DNA of 64,000 nucleotides from a virus. Where the stretch lies: positions 1-64,000 of IMG/VR virus record IMGVR_UViG_3300045110_000102; one strand, 5' to 3'. How positions within the stretch are numbered: position 1 is the stretch's first letter; each line of letters starts with the position of its first letter. Below are positions 18,978-29,319 of the stretch, in pieces. The translations under genes and the position numbers were made by a program. The notes under the pieces were generated by a model that did not search any database, was not told where the DNA came from, and saw nothing but the letters and a program-made list of their open reading frames with translations.

Positions 18978-19582
18978 TGGCTGGGCTCAACCTCTTCATC
19001 GACACGACAGAGCTTGTCGAGTTCTCGGACAAGATGAAGAAGGCGGAGAAGGTCACCAAGCCGATCATCGCCGCAGGCATCAACGAAGTCGGTGATGGGT
19101 TTGTCTCCGTGCTCACGACCAGCGTCGCGCGATCAAGCGGCATGGACCCGGAGTCGGTGCGCGGGCTGCTCCGTGTCAAGCGCGCGAACCGGAGCAACCT
19201 TGAATACGTCGTGACGATGGACGAGTCCCTGATCGCGGGCAACGCCATCGAAGGCAAGCGCGAGAGCCGCGACTTCGGCAGGCGCGACCCTGAAGAACTG
19301 GTGATCATCGTCTCGAAGAAGGACGATCTTGTCTGCATGGATTGCGAAGAGCTTGCAGCGTCCGGGCCGATGCCGATGGAGATCGCGCGGCAGCACGTGC
19401 CGAAGCACAAGAACTGCCGCTGCATGATCCTGCCCTACGTGCGACCGGGCCGACGCCTGCAGGTGGAGAGAAGCAGAGGGCTCGGACGACCGAAGGGCGA
19501 TGACAGTCTGACATTGCGCCAACTGGCGCAAACGTTCCTCGACAAGACGGCAACCTCGATAAGAATCGAGATCACCAAATGA
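18977..19582 (+). CDS. Putative tail completion protein with a MuF-like Cys module
   Basis: Helical N-terminus; DDLVCMDC...PKHKNCRC. Confidence 0.6.
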   Translation: MAGLNLFIDTTELVEFSDKMKKAEKVTKPIIAAGINEVGDGFVSVLTTSVARSSGMDPESVRGLLRVKRANRSNLEYVVTMDESLIAGNAIEGKRESRDFGRRDPEELVIIVSKKDDLVCMDCEELAASGPMPMEIARQHVPKHKNCRCMILPYVRPGRRLQVERSRGLGRPKGDDSLTLRQLAQTFLDKTATSIRIEITK

Positions 19583-20274
19583 GCGACAAGTACCAGAAGC
19601 TGCTGCAGCAACTCGCTGATCTCCGCCGTCAGATGGCGGACACGCACCAGAGCGGCACCGTGCACGAGGTGAAGGGCACGAAGCTGCGGATGATGATGGG
19701 CAAGGACAAGGACGGCAAAGAGATTCTGAGTCCGTGGCTCAACACCTCGAACCATCGCGGCGGCGCGACCGAGCAGCGCTTCTACAAGAAGGGACAGACG
19801 CTGGCGATGATCTGTCCTAACGGCGACGTCTCGCAGGGCATGATCGCGCCGTACGCGCCGAGCAAGGAGTTCAAGACGCCGGAGCATGCCGACGGCAGCG
19901 GGCAGGATGAGGAGTCGTATCAACTCGACGACTATCGCGCGAAGCAGACGAAGGAAGGTTACGACAACTGGCTGCAGCCCGATGACTCGAAGGATCAGAA
20001 GGGCGGACAGCAAGGCGGTCAGCAGGGCGGCGGTGGTGGTGGCAAGAAGCAGCAGAAGGGCCACACCGGCGGCGACAAGGCGGTGATGAAGAGCCGCATG
20101 AACAAGGACGGTGGCATCACGCATCGCGTCGGCAAAGATGCGCGGCTGATGGCGCACAAGGAAGGCACGAAGATGCGCATGGCATCTGACTGGGTGGTGG
20201 TGAAGAAGGGCAAGATCATCTTCAGCCGACCACCGATCCTCGGCAAGGACCCGATCAAGAACGACGACAAGTAA
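19579..20274 (+). CDS. Baseplate assembly protein V (spike OB-fold)
   Basis: GTVHEV...LSPWL...GQTLAMICPNGD pattern; precedes gpW/gpJ. Confidence 0.75.
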   Translation: MSDKYQKLLQQLADLRRQMADTHQSGTVHEVKGTKLRMMMGKDKDGKEILSPWLNTSNHRGGATEQRFYKKGQTLAMICPNGDVSQGMIAPYAPSKEFKTPEHADGSGQDEESYQLDDYRAKQTKEGYDNWLQPDDSKDQKGGQQGGQQGGGGGGKKQQKGHTGGDKAVMKSRMNKDGGITHRVGKDARLMAHKEGTKMRMASDWVVVKKGKIIFSRPPILGKDPIKNDDK

Positions 20275-20291
20275 ACCAACAGGAGACAGCA

Positions 20292-20822
20292 ATGCCTACA
20301 CCAGAACAGCGAGCGGTCATTCTATCGAGCGAGCGTAACGCCCCGCGTCGGCAGGTGATCTTGCAGAAGTATTACGTCTACGACCCGGGCGTGCGCGCCA
20401 ACGATGAACTCGGCGGACTTCGTGTGCGCGATGAGAACGACGGCAAGGGACTGTTCGTCCTCGCCGCTCCGCAGATGATCCAGTACTGGATCGATCAGGG
20501 CTTGATGGGCGAGAAGCCGGTCGGTGAAATCTCCGACGCGGGCAAGAAGCTGCTCAACCAGATCACGCGCGGTCGCACCGAGAATCCGGATGAGACGCCG
20601 CCGCATCTGCCGAAGTACGACCGCATGATCCAGTCGGGATCGCCGGGCTCGGCGCTGAAGGAGCCGGTCTCGGTCGCGCGTCGCAAGCAGATGCAGAAGG
20701 CGAAGAAGGGCAACGACCGCGAAGCGAAGCGCAAGACGCCGGAGCAGCGTGGCCGCGTTGCGCCGACACCTCCGCGCAACGAAGCACCGAAGCCGCCGAT
20801 CATGGGCACGCCTGCGGAGTAG
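20292..20822 (+). CDS. Hypothetical protein
   Basis: AGGAG RBS; ORF track. Confidence 0.7.
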   Translation: MPTPEQRAVILSSERNAPRRQVILQKYYVYDPGVRANDELGGLRVRDENDGKGLFVLAAPQMIQYWIDQGLMGEKPVGEISDAGKKLLNQITRGRTENPDETPPHLPKYDRMIQSGSPGSALKEPVSVARRKQMQKAKKGNDREAKRKTPEQRGRVAPTPPRNEAPKPPIMGTPAE

Positions 20823-20825
20823 TAC

Positions 20826-21383
20826 GTGGCCGACAATCCCTACTACGACGTCAACGAGGAGATGTGGCCAGACCTGAAGTATGGCCGCATCGTTCTCCAC
20901 CCGGTCCGCATTGGAATGGATCGCTACACCGGCAAGATGCTGACCGGGTGGAATCACGTCGTCCAAAGCATGGTGCTGATCTTCGCGACACGGTTTCACG
21001 AGCGTGTGCTGCGTCGCTGGGTCGGCTCATTCGTCCCGCATCTAATCGGCAACAACGCGACCGAGACCACCATCGCGCGGTTCTACTGGGCGATTGCAAC
21101 GGGGCTCGATCTCTGGGAGCCGAACTATCGCATTCAGCGTGTGCGCGTCGGCAATCGCGACAGCGGCTCATCGCTGACATCTACTGAAGAGCTTCGCACC
21201 GGTCATCTCACCACGTCGATGGATGGCGTCTATCGTCCGCGCGGTCACCTCGGCAACGACGATCCAGAAGTGCGCCGGGCCATCGGTCTGACGTCGCGCG
21301 GTTATAATTTGTGGGAGCGCCAGCCCGGCTACATTCAGGGCGCGCCGCCTGATCTCATTGGTGAGCCGGGGAGAACGCCTTGA
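20826..21383 (+). CDS. Baseplate wedge protein W/gp25
   Basis: GMDRYTGKMLTGWNHVVQS...T...ERVLRR..GS..P...WEP motif. Confidence 0.85.
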   Translation: MADNPYYDVNEEMWPDLKYGRIVLHPVRIGMDRYTGKMLTGWNHVVQSMVLIFATRFHERVLRRWVGSFVPHLIGNNATETTIARFYWAIATGLDLWEPNYRIQRVRVGNRDSGSSLTSTEELRTGHLTTSMDGVYRPRGHLGNDDPEVRRAIGLTSRGYNLWERQPGYIQGAPPDLIGEPGRTP

Positions 21384-22342
21384 GCGACGTGTTCGATTAT
21401 CTCAATCCATCGCGCAGCGGACAGTCACTGACTGATCGGCTGAGCGAGCGCATCTCTGTGCTCGTGCCTGCGAACCTGCAGCCGATGGTCGTGCTGGAGA
21501 AGATCAACGTCGAGCAGATTCTCGCCGACCGCATGGCGCGACTGAAGGCGCTGTGGGCGAAGTACGATCCGCCGATGGCGGCGCAGTACGACGTCGAGAA
21601 CCTTGAGTTCGATCCGATCAAGATCAACCAAGAGGCCTGCAGCTACTTTGAATTGATGCTACGGGATCGCGTGAACCAAGCCGCACGCGCGATCACGCTG
21701 GCGTACGCGATCAGCACCGATCTCGATGCTATCGCGTCACGCTATCCCGGCGGTGTGCCGCGTCTCGAAGGCGAGAGCGATGATCGATATCGTCGCCGCA
21801 TCTGGCTGTCGCCGAACACGCTGAGCCCGCACGGCACCGCCGAGGCGTACGAGTTCTGGGCGCTGACCGCATCGCCGGAATTCCGCGACGTCACCGCGAT
21901 GCGCATGGTGATGCACGACTACTATCCGACGATCCTGATCACCTGCCTGATGGAGCCGCCAGCCGATCCGGAGCCGACACAGGAAATACTGGTGCGCACG
22001 CGCGCGTACATCCACGATCTTTCACGGCAAGGGCTCACCGATGTGATCTCGGTCAACCCGCCGAAGGTCAAGCACATCAACTACAAGATCGCGGTGTGGC
22101 TCTATCCCGGTGCGATGCCTGATCAGACGCTTGAGAAGATGAAGGACCGCGTCTTCAAGCTGATCGATAATCAGTACTGGCTCGGCCACGATCATTCGCT
22201 GATGGCGATCAACGCCGCGTGCGCGCTGCAGGGCGTGCATCACGTGGACATTCTCGAACCGACCGACGACGTCTTCGTCGGACCTGACTGGGTGATCAAG
22301 GTGGACAATGTGAGCGTGCTCATCGCCGGGCGCGCCATATGA
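21380..22342 (+). CDS. Baseplate J-like protein
   Basis: RVNQAARA..LAYA..TDLD, ESDDRYRRRI, GTAEAYEFWA. Confidence 0.9.
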   Translation: MSDVFDYLNPSRSGQSLTDRLSERISVLVPANLQPMVVLEKINVEQILADRMARLKALWAKYDPPMAAQYDVENLEFDPIKINQEACSYFELMLRDRVNQAARAITLAYAISTDLDAIASRYPGGVPRLEGESDDRYRRRIWLSPNTLSPHGTAEAYEFWALTASPEFRDVTAMRMVMHDYYPTILITCLMEPPADPEPTQEILVRTRAYIHDLSRQGLTDVISVNPPKVKHINYKIAVWLYPGAMPDQTLEKMKDRVFKLIDNQYWLGHDHSLMAINAACALQGVHHVDILEPTDDVFVGPDWVIKVDNVSVLIAGRAI

Positions 22343-23796
22343 GCGACATCGTCACTGAGGGACTCATTCAGGCACCGGGCGCGAAGCTGCTCTATCGCGC
22401 ATCGACCGGGCTTGAGAAGGCGATGGCCGACGTCGATGGCGAGCGGCTGATCGGCACCTATGCCGAGATCATCATCGACCAGTGGGACCCGTACCGCATC
22501 AGCTACACGAACCTGCCCTATCTCGCGTATGCGATGGGCACGCTGCTGTGGGAGGATGGCTGGAGCGAGAGCACGCAGCGCGAATGGACTGCGGTGCAGT
22601 TCACCTTCAAGAGCCTGCGCGGCACGCTCGCTGGCATCGAGATGGCGCTGGAATATTCCGGTCGCGACTTCTCGCCGCCGCAAGGTTACACGGTGCAAGA
22701 GGCGCTACGACCGCCGCAAGCGTTCTTCGCTTCGCCCGGTCTTACCAAGGAGGAGTTCGATTTCTGGATTCACAAGATGCCGGAGATCAGGATCACGTTC
22801 TCCGAGGGCGTCGGCTGGGACAGCGAAGACGTCCTGTTCTGCGGTGACGGTGGCGCTCAGTGGTTCGTCGGGCTTGATGATGGTGAGGCGCTGCATGGTC
22901 GCAAGGCTTTCCTTCGAGTGCGCGGCAAAGATATCCCGTTGCAGGTTTACACGTTCACCAAGGAGATCAACAGCAAGGTCTCGATTGACTACGAGCGCAT
23001 CTGCATTCCCGGCCTCGCCGGTCCAGCGTTCACGCAAGACGACTTCGTCAACGACGAGAACTTCGTCTGCGCTGAACTGAAAGTGCCGCAGCTTGTCACG
23101 GTGCGGATCGACGGCAGCTACGATCACGAACAGAGCGCGCTGCATCTCGACACGGTCGTGCCCGGCATGGACCCGATTGATGTGCGCTACGAACGCGACA
23201 GCGACATCGGCTGGGGCAACAGCTTCTTCTTCGTCGGCGATTGGTCTGATCATCGCAACACGCTGGAGCGTGACGATCCGCACCCATCGCATCCGATTGA
23301 GATCGCGCCGCCGATCACGCCAGAGCATCCGATAGCTTATCCGGAGTCAGGTCTGCCGACACAGCCGCCGCCGCTCCCGACGCAACCGGTGCCGATTGTC
23401 TACTACGCTGACGCTGGCTTCGATGCCGCGCGCATGTTGGCTGACCGCATCTTCCTGAACGATCCGGCGATTGCTGCGGCGATCACCGGCGGCGTCTCAT
23501 TCGTTGGTGTCGATTATGTCTCGTGGCCGCAGTACACGGCTGACCTGATGATCGACCTGCATATGAATGATGATTTCTGGAGTTGGTTCGCTGACGAAGG
23601 CTACACGAACGACGATAACTACTTCGCCAGTCACGTTGATCTACAAGACTTCGACCGCGCATGCCGCGCTGTCGTCGTCGCACAAGCGCTGCGAGATCGA
23701 GTGCGCACCGCCTATGACCCGACACGCTTAATCGAACTTCGCGAACGCGCTTGGACAGAAACCACGGTTGATCAGCAGGTCCCGAACTTGCTTTGA
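22339..23796 (+). CDS. Tail protein I-like (P2 gpI) with extended C-terminus
   Basis: WDP...LPYLAYA...W...WSE..QR...RGTLAGIEMAL. Confidence 0.8.
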   Translation: MSDIVTEGLIQAPGAKLLYRASTGLEKAMADVDGERLIGTYAEIIIDQWDPYRISYTNLPYLAYAMGTLLWEDGWSESTQREWTAVQFTFKSLRGTLAGIEMALEYSGRDFSPPQGYTVQEALRPPQAFFASPGLTKEEFDFWIHKMPEIRITFSEGVGWDSEDVLFCGDGGAQWFVGLDDGEALHGRKAFLRVRGKDIPLQVYTFTKEINSKVSIDYERICIPGLAGPAFTQDDFVNDENFVCAELKVPQLVTVRIDGSYDHEQSALHLDTVVPGMDPIDVRYERDSDIGWGNSFFFVGDWSDHRNTLERDDPHPSHPIEIAPPITPEHPIAYPESGLPTQPPPLPTQPVPIVYYADAGFDAARMLADRIFLNDPAIAAAITGGVSFVGVDYVSWPQYTADLMIDLHMNDDFWSWFADEGYTNDDNYFASHVDLQDFDRACRAVVVAQALRDRVRTAYDPTRLIELRERAWTETTVDQQVPNLL

Positions 23797-23809
23797 GGAG
23801 AGACAGCAG

Positions 23810-26212
23810 ATGGAACGCAAAGTAAATATTCAGGACTGGCAGAAGGTCACGGTCGAAGACTTTAACAACTTCGGTCTTTTCCCCCGCGCGTCCTTCGATC
23901 ACATCGTCGTCGATACGCTGATCCCCGACATGGCCTTCACCGGCTTCGCTGTCGTGCAGACAGCACCGGCTGTGGTGACGGTCGGCAGCGGTCGGCTCTA
24001 TCACGCTGGTCTTGTGTTCTACAACGACAACGAAGGCGGCACCTCGCTCGATCTGCTCAGCGTGCTGCCGGTGGTGACGCGGCGCTATGTCGGCGTGGTC
24101 GCATGGGGCCAAGAGATCGAGACGGACACCGAGCCGCGAACGTTCCTCACCGATCCGGTGACGCGCGCGACTGTGGCGCGTGTTGTCTCCACCGAGTCGC
24201 GGCGCTGGACGAACATCTCCACCGTGGTCGGCGCTGAAGGTCCTGACCCGCAGAAGCCAGCCATCGCATCGAATACGCTGGTGGTGGCGTGGATACTTCT
24301 CGACTCGACCGGCATCGTTGCGATCCAGATGGTTGAAGACAATCGCGCGCCGAACCTGCGCGATCTCGACAACCGCATGAACGAGAACGATGCATGGCGC
24401 ATCCGCACGACGTCGCGCCTCGATACGCTGGCGACCGATCTCGCCGCGCTGGCTGCACGTCTCGCTGGCACCGCATCGATGCAACTGGCGCTGCGGCTTG
24501 CCGCAGACATCGCGCGCGTGAAGGAGGAGCTTAATCTCCCCGACAGCTACACCTCATGGGGCGCGGATCACTTCCTGACCAACGACGAGTCCGACGTGCA
24601 CGACGTGCCGCCGAACCCGGACTACATCGCCAAGGTCGAGGAGGGCATTCGCTTCCCGAACGCTGCAGAGCGCGACTCGCAGATGTCGCTGTTGAACCCG
24701 CTCGATCCGGCGGTGATCAATCAGGCGAACTTCGTGCTGCCGCTCTATCACGAGAAGACACGGCTCGAAGTGCTCGGCAACGACAGCGAGTTGTCGATCT
24801 CGCAGTATCAATTCCAAACCATCTCTTGGGAATTGTGCACGAAGACCCGCACGCGCATCCGCTTTGGCACGCCGATGTATGTTTGCTACAACGGCTGCTG
24901 GTGGTTCGCGCCATCCGGTCAGGACTGGCAAACGTCAATCGGCATGGGCGAATGGGCGAACGGCTTCGGCGGCTCGACCGGCATGACGCCGAACACCGAT
25001 CTGATCTACGATCCGATCCGCAACATCCTGACGCGTGGCACCGAGACATTCCAAATCCTTGACGTGCAGGATGTCTCGACGCACACCGTGCTGCGCATCG
25101 CGCAGTTCTGGGTCGATGAGATCATCGACTCCTACTACTGGCGGCAGATCATCACCGTTGAAGGTCTCAGCGGTTCGGTGGTGGCGCAGTCGTTCCTGAA
25201 CTCGCAGGGCGGCTGGCTGACGTCGGTGGAATTGTTCTTCACGCGCATCGCCACATCCGGCGACGTGCACGCGCTGATCGTCGAGTGCAACGACGTCGGC
25301 GCGCCGAACTATCAGAAGGTGATCGCACGCTCGACCATCGTGTCGGACCTGCTGCGCTCGCCACCGTTCGCGACGAAGATCGGATTCCTTCCGACCTATC
25401 TGGCGAAGGGCAAGCGCTACGCTGTCGTGCTGCAGACGCCCGGCAATCACTTCGTGTCGCTGGTGCACAACAACAAGTTCGCGCAGGGCTCGCTGTTCAC
25501 ATCGACGGACGGCGCGTGGGCCTCGGGCGACCTGACCAAGGACATCGCACTGCGGCTGAACTTCGCGGAGTTCGAGTCCACCCGCTGCACCGTGCAACTG
25601 GCTGGCCTCGAATTGAATGGCGGCATCGCGGCCATCGATCTCAACTTCGATTCGACGCGTCCGCCGGGCACCACGATCTCATTCGAGATTCAGCACAACG
25701 GCGTGTGGGTGCCGCTCGGCTACTACGACAGCAATCCGCTGGTCGCGTTGCCGCCGCTGCTGCCACTGCGCTGCATCCTTGTCGGCACCACCGATGAGAT
25801 GCCGGGCATCGGCGTCGCTGCGAATTCGCGCTCGCTGACGTCGCGGCCTCGCAATGACTTCCGTCACATCTCGACGGTGCGGACGATGCCGAACCCGGTC
25901 AACACGGTCTACGTGGACTTCCGGCTCGACGCGTGGCGCGGTGAAGACAGTGCTGGCTACGAGTACCACACCTTCACGCCAGCGCTGTTGATCGGTGCGG
26001 GCTTCCAGAACGTGGTGCCGCCTGCAGTGATCGAGGATGAAGTCGCGCCGGACGATCCGACAGGATTGCGTCGTCGCTGCATCTGGGACCTTGCGTCGTT
26101 CGGTGGCACACCGATCACGGCTTACAAGATCAGATGCGAGGGCTGGTCGGACAACGCGCTCGCGCTGTTCCACGTTTCCGAGCGTGTCGATATCGGCATC
26201 AACCTCATGTGA
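23810..26212 (+). CDS. Baseplate wedge / virion structural protein
   Basis: AQSF...GWLTSVELFF, LAKGKRYAVVL, GSLFTSTDG.W...D motifs; GAGGAG RBS. Confidence 0.7.
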   Translation: MERKVNIQDWQKVTVEDFNNFGLFPRASFDHIVVDTLIPDMAFTGFAVVQTAPAVVTVGSGRLYHAGLVFYNDNEGGTSLDLLSVLPVVTRRYVGVVAWGQEIETDTEPRTFLTDPVTRATVARVVSTESRRWTNISTVVGAEGPDPQKPAIASNTLVVAWILLDSTGIVAIQMVEDNRAPNLRDLDNRMNENDAWRIRTTSRLDTLATDLAALAARLAGTASMQLALRLAADIARVKEELNLPDSYTSWGADHFLTNDESDVHDVPPNPDYIAKVEEGIRFPNAAERDSQMSLLNPLDPAVINQANFVLPLYHEKTRLEVLGNDSELSISQYQFQTISWELCTKTRTRIRFGTPMYVCYNGCWWFAPSGQDWQTSIGMGEWANGFGGSTGMTPNTDLIYDPIRNILTRGTETFQILDVQDVSTHTVLRIAQFWVDEIIDSYYWRQIITVEGLSGSVVAQSFLNSQGGWLTSVELFFTRIATSGDVHALIVECNDVGAPNYQKVIARSTIVSDLLRSPPFATKIGFLPTYLAKGKRYAVVLQTPGNHFVSLVHNNKFAQGSLFTSTDGAWASGDLTKDIALRLNFAEFESTRCTVQLAGLELNGGIAAIDLNFDSTRPPGTTISFEIQHNGVWVPLGYYDSNPLVALPPLLPLRCILVGTTDEMPGIGVAANSRSLTSRPRNDFRHISTVRTMPNPVNTVYVDFRLDAWRGEDSAGYEYHTFTPALLIGAGFQNVVPPAVIEDEVAPDDPTGLRRRCIWDLASFGGTPITAYKIRCEGWSDNALALFHVSERVDIGINLM

Positions 26213-26230
26213 TCAGGGAGAACTCAACAG

Positions 26231-26716
26231 ATGGCTACCGATAGATTCCCACAGCGCAACGCGACGATGCCGATGAGCGAAGAGCGCATCAGAGCCGCGC
26301 GCGCCAAGCTCGATCCCGGTCATGCATCACCGGCGAACTACCCGGCATCTGACGGCAAAGGATCGCGCCGCGAGATACGCAAGGGCGAGTGGCTCGATGA
26401 TCGCGTGATCACACCGAACGCACGCCCGACACCGTCGCCGCACAATCCTCCGCCGCTGCCAGACAAGCGAGAGCTTCCGGCGTCGTACGATCCGGCGATG
26501 GTGTACAACGTCAAGTTCGGCTCGCCTTGTCAGTATGTCGGGCGCATTCTCAATCCCGGTCGCGCGTACAAGATGACCGGCAATGTCTGCGCCGATCCGA
26601 ACGTGCAGCCGAAGATCATCGACGCAGTGCTGATCGGGCCGACACCAGCGCCGCCCGATGTCGGACCGACCACGACGAAGAGCGTCGCGCCAACCACGGC
26701 AAAGAAGAAGGCCTGA
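26231..26716 (+). CDS. Hypothetical protein (tail region)
   Basis: GGGAG RBS; ORF track. Confidence 0.7.
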   Translation: MATDRFPQRNATMPMSEERIRAARAKLDPGHASPANYPASDGKGSRREIRKGEWLDDRVITPNARPTPSPHNPPPLPDKRELPASYDPAMVYNVKFGSPCQYVGRILNPGRAYKMTGNVCADPNVQPKIIDAVLIGPTPAPPDVGPTTTKSVAPTTAKKKA

Positions 26717-26719
26717 CCG

Positions 26720-28555
26720 ATGGCACTGAAGCGGCTCGATGAAGAGTTCGAACTGAAGCCCGGCACGCAGTTGCTTCCGTACATGAAGCGATTGCTGCCG
26801 TCGCTTGAGGCTCGCTTCCAAGACTTGGAAGAAGTGGACCGCATGCTGACCAAGATCGGCGAGGACATTCGTGCGGCGGCATTGCTGCGCATGAATGACA
26901 TCCTGATCCCGGCAACCGAAGACATCCTCGCGGTCACCAAGCTCGGCTTCCTGCTCGCTCCGATCTCGACACCGTACACGCTCGTGCTCGGCTACATGGC
27001 GATGTACGTTGACGAAGGCGTGCAGCGCGACACGTTCACGCCGTCGCCTTATCTGATCATCGAGCACGTCGATGCGCCAGACGATTACGCCATCGCGCGG
27101 CTGGTCAACTACGATCAGAAGACCGGCATTCTTGAAGTGAACATCACGGCGATCCACGGCTCGCCCGGTCCGCATCCCTACATGGTGTCATCGACGCCGG
27201 GCATGGCGGATTCAGCGAAGCTCTACCACGACGCCATCACGCCGATGCACGAAGTGGTGGTGTCTGACCACGAGGAGGTGGTCTTCCTGCACGCCGAGAT
27301 CATGGCCGCAGCGCAAGCGCTGGCGGAGTCTGGTCTCGATGCTTACGCGTTCATTCGACGCGACGGCACCGTGCCGTTCGAGGCGCTGCAGGTTGGTCTC
27401 GCGCCGCCGTCGAACGCGAACGACAACTACATTCCGACCAGCGGATGGGTGCGCTCGCGCATCGTCGAGTACGTCAACACGGCGGTGAAGAAGACCGGCG
27501 ATGTGATGACCGGTCCGCTCACGATCCCGGCGTATCCGACGCAAGACGCGCACGCTGCCAGCAAGAAGTATGTCGATGATGCGTTCGGTGCTGGCGGCAC
27601 GATGCGCGGCGACCTGACGATCAACGACAGCTATCCTTCGCTGCTGATGAAGCCGACAGGCCCGCAGCAGGATCGATTGCTCGAAGGTCTCAACTATGAC
27701 GGCGCGCGCCGGTGGGTGATGGCGCTCGGCGATGGCTCTGACGACTTCGCGCTGTATCGCTACGGCGACGCGGGCAACTATCTCGGCACCGGGCTGCACA
27801 TCCGGCGCAGCGATGGCGGCGTGACGCTCGGGCCGATCTCCACCGGCTATCTCTCGAACGTCGGCGGCATGAACATCGACGGCGATCTTTATCTCCATCG
27901 CGGCACCAGCGGCACCGGCGTGGTCTTCCTCAATCACACCGGCAGCGCGTATCACTATTGGGACGGCGCGACGCACACCTTCACCGGTGGCGGCGGCGCG
28001 TTCCACGGTGGCATGAACGTGCATCACCTGAACTGCTACAGCATCAGCACGCAGGGACACTGGACGACGACGTGGGGAATGACGTCGCACGGGCCGATAG
28101 ACATCAACGGCGCGCTGACCATCCGTGGCGACATGGTCTTGGAGAGTCCGAACGCGAACTACATTCGGTTCTGGGATGGCACATGGGGCAACATGTACAT
28201 CCACCACAACGACGACAACATCGGCTTCCTCGGTCACGACGGCGGTTGGCGCGCGTACGTCAACAACTCCTCGCAGATGTGGCTCGGCGCGTACGGATGG
28301 ATTCACGACTACGTCAACAACACCGCGAGCCATCATGCGTGGACGGCAGCGAACCATCGCTACAATGAAGTGGTCTACAGGATTCGCTTCGCGCATCTCG
28401 GCGACGTGCAGCACTACTACAACCAATTGCAGGAGCCGTGGGGCGCAGGCGTGATCACCGGCATCACCGGTTGCTACTCGTCCTACTACGTGATCGGTCG
28501 CTATCGGCAATGCCACATGATGATCGCGGGCGGCTGGTACGCTGCAAGCTACTGA
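26720..28555 (+). CDS. Tail fibre protein
   Basis: GDVMTGPL, AASKKYVD fibre motifs; followed by a chaperone-like gene. Confidence 0.85.
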   Translation: MALKRLDEEFELKPGTQLLPYMKRLLPSLEARFQDLEEVDRMLTKIGEDIRAAALLRMNDILIPATEDILAVTKLGFLLAPISTPYTLVLGYMAMYVDEGVQRDTFTPSPYLIIEHVDAPDDYAIARLVNYDQKTGILEVNITAIHGSPGPHPYMVSSTPGMADSAKLYHDAITPMHEVVVSDHEEVVFLHAEIMAAAQALAESGLDAYAFIRRDGTVPFEALQVGLAPPSNANDNYIPTSGWVRSRIVEYVNTAVKKTGDVMTGPLTIPAYPTQDAHAASKKYVDDAFGAGGTMRGDLTINDSYPSLLMKPTGPQQDRLLEGLNYDGARRWVMALGDGSDDFALYRYGDAGNYLGTGLHIRRSDGGVTLGPISTGYLSNVGGMNIDGDLYLHRGTSGTGVVFLNHTGSAYHYWDGATHTFTGGGGAFHGGMNVHHLNCYSISTQGHWTTTWGMTSHGPIDINGALTIRGDMVLESPNANYIRFWDGTWGNMYIHHNDDNIGFLGHDGGWRAYVNNSSQMWLGAYGWIHDYVNNTASHHAWTAANHRYNEVVYRIRFAHLGDVQHYYNQLQEPWGAGVITGITGCYSSYYVIGRYRQCHMMIAGGWYAASY

Positions 28556-28564
28556 GGATTAACG

Positions 28565-29002
28565 ATGCTGGAATATATCGATCACGGCGACTGGGTTGCC
28601 TACAGGCCGGAGAAACACTGGCTGTTTGATCACAATCCGAGAGTGATGTTCTGCAAGCGCGTGTCCGATGGCGTTGATTGGTACGACTATCGCAGAGAGG
28701 TCGGCATCGCGACGTCAGTGTCGCTGAAGATGACGCTGAAGCAGTTCGAGGGTCGCTGGCAGGTGATGACCACGAACCGCGAAGGCGAGATGATCTGGCC
28801 GGAGAACACCAAGCTGATCGAGTTCGATTACGACGGCGAAGATCACGAGCGACTGTGGCGCAAGTTCTTCGATCTGAAGACGCGCGAATTCACCGATCCC
28901 GAGCCAATGTCGGAGCGACCGTTCGTCGAAGCGCTCGCGAAGGAGCTTGGCGTCGATCAGGACAAGCTCATCAAATTCTTGGAAGGGAGCCGACATGGCT
29001 GA
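28565..29002 (+). CDS. Tail fibre assembly chaperone
   Basis: RVSDGVDWYD motif; directly after the fibre gene. Confidence 0.7.
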   Translation: MLEYIDHGDWVAYRPEKHWLFDHNPRVMFCKRVSDGVDWYDYRREVGIATSVSLKMTLKQFEGRWQVMTTNREGEMIWPENTKLIEFDYDGEDHERLWRKFFDLKTREFTDPEPMSERPFVEALAKELGVDQDKLIKFLEGSRHG

Positions 29003-29288
29003 CATAGCTTTCTTTGAAGGGCGACAGACAAATCAGATTCCTGTCGCGCACGAGGTCTGGCCAAAGTCACCGCTGACGATGACGGCGATGACGATGGAGT
29101 GCAATCCTGTTGGGCAGGTGGTGGTGACGCCTATTGTGCAGGATCAGAACGTCGGCGACTACGTACGCGAGATTCGCATCTTCTCACTGGCATCGGCTGG
29201 TGTTGAGCCGAGGCTGTTGCTTGCAGTCAAGATGCACGGACTCACCGTCAAGCAGCTAGAGATCATCACGCCACCAAGCACGATGTAG
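28995..29288 (+). CDS. Hypothetical protein
   Basis: GGGAG RBS before ATG 28995. Confidence 0.65.
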   Translation: MADIAFFEGRQTNQIPVAHEVWPKSPLTMTAMTMECNPVGQVVVTPIVQDQNVGDYVREIRIFSLASAGVEPRLLLAVKMHGLTVKQLEIITPPSTM

Positions 29289-29319
29289 ATTCCCCCCGCT
29301 CACAAATAAGGAGACGACA

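Noticed and set aside
27890-28555. Diversity-generating retroelement target in the AAC-rich fibre tip
   Set aside because: No reverse transcriptase and no second template copy seen in the window
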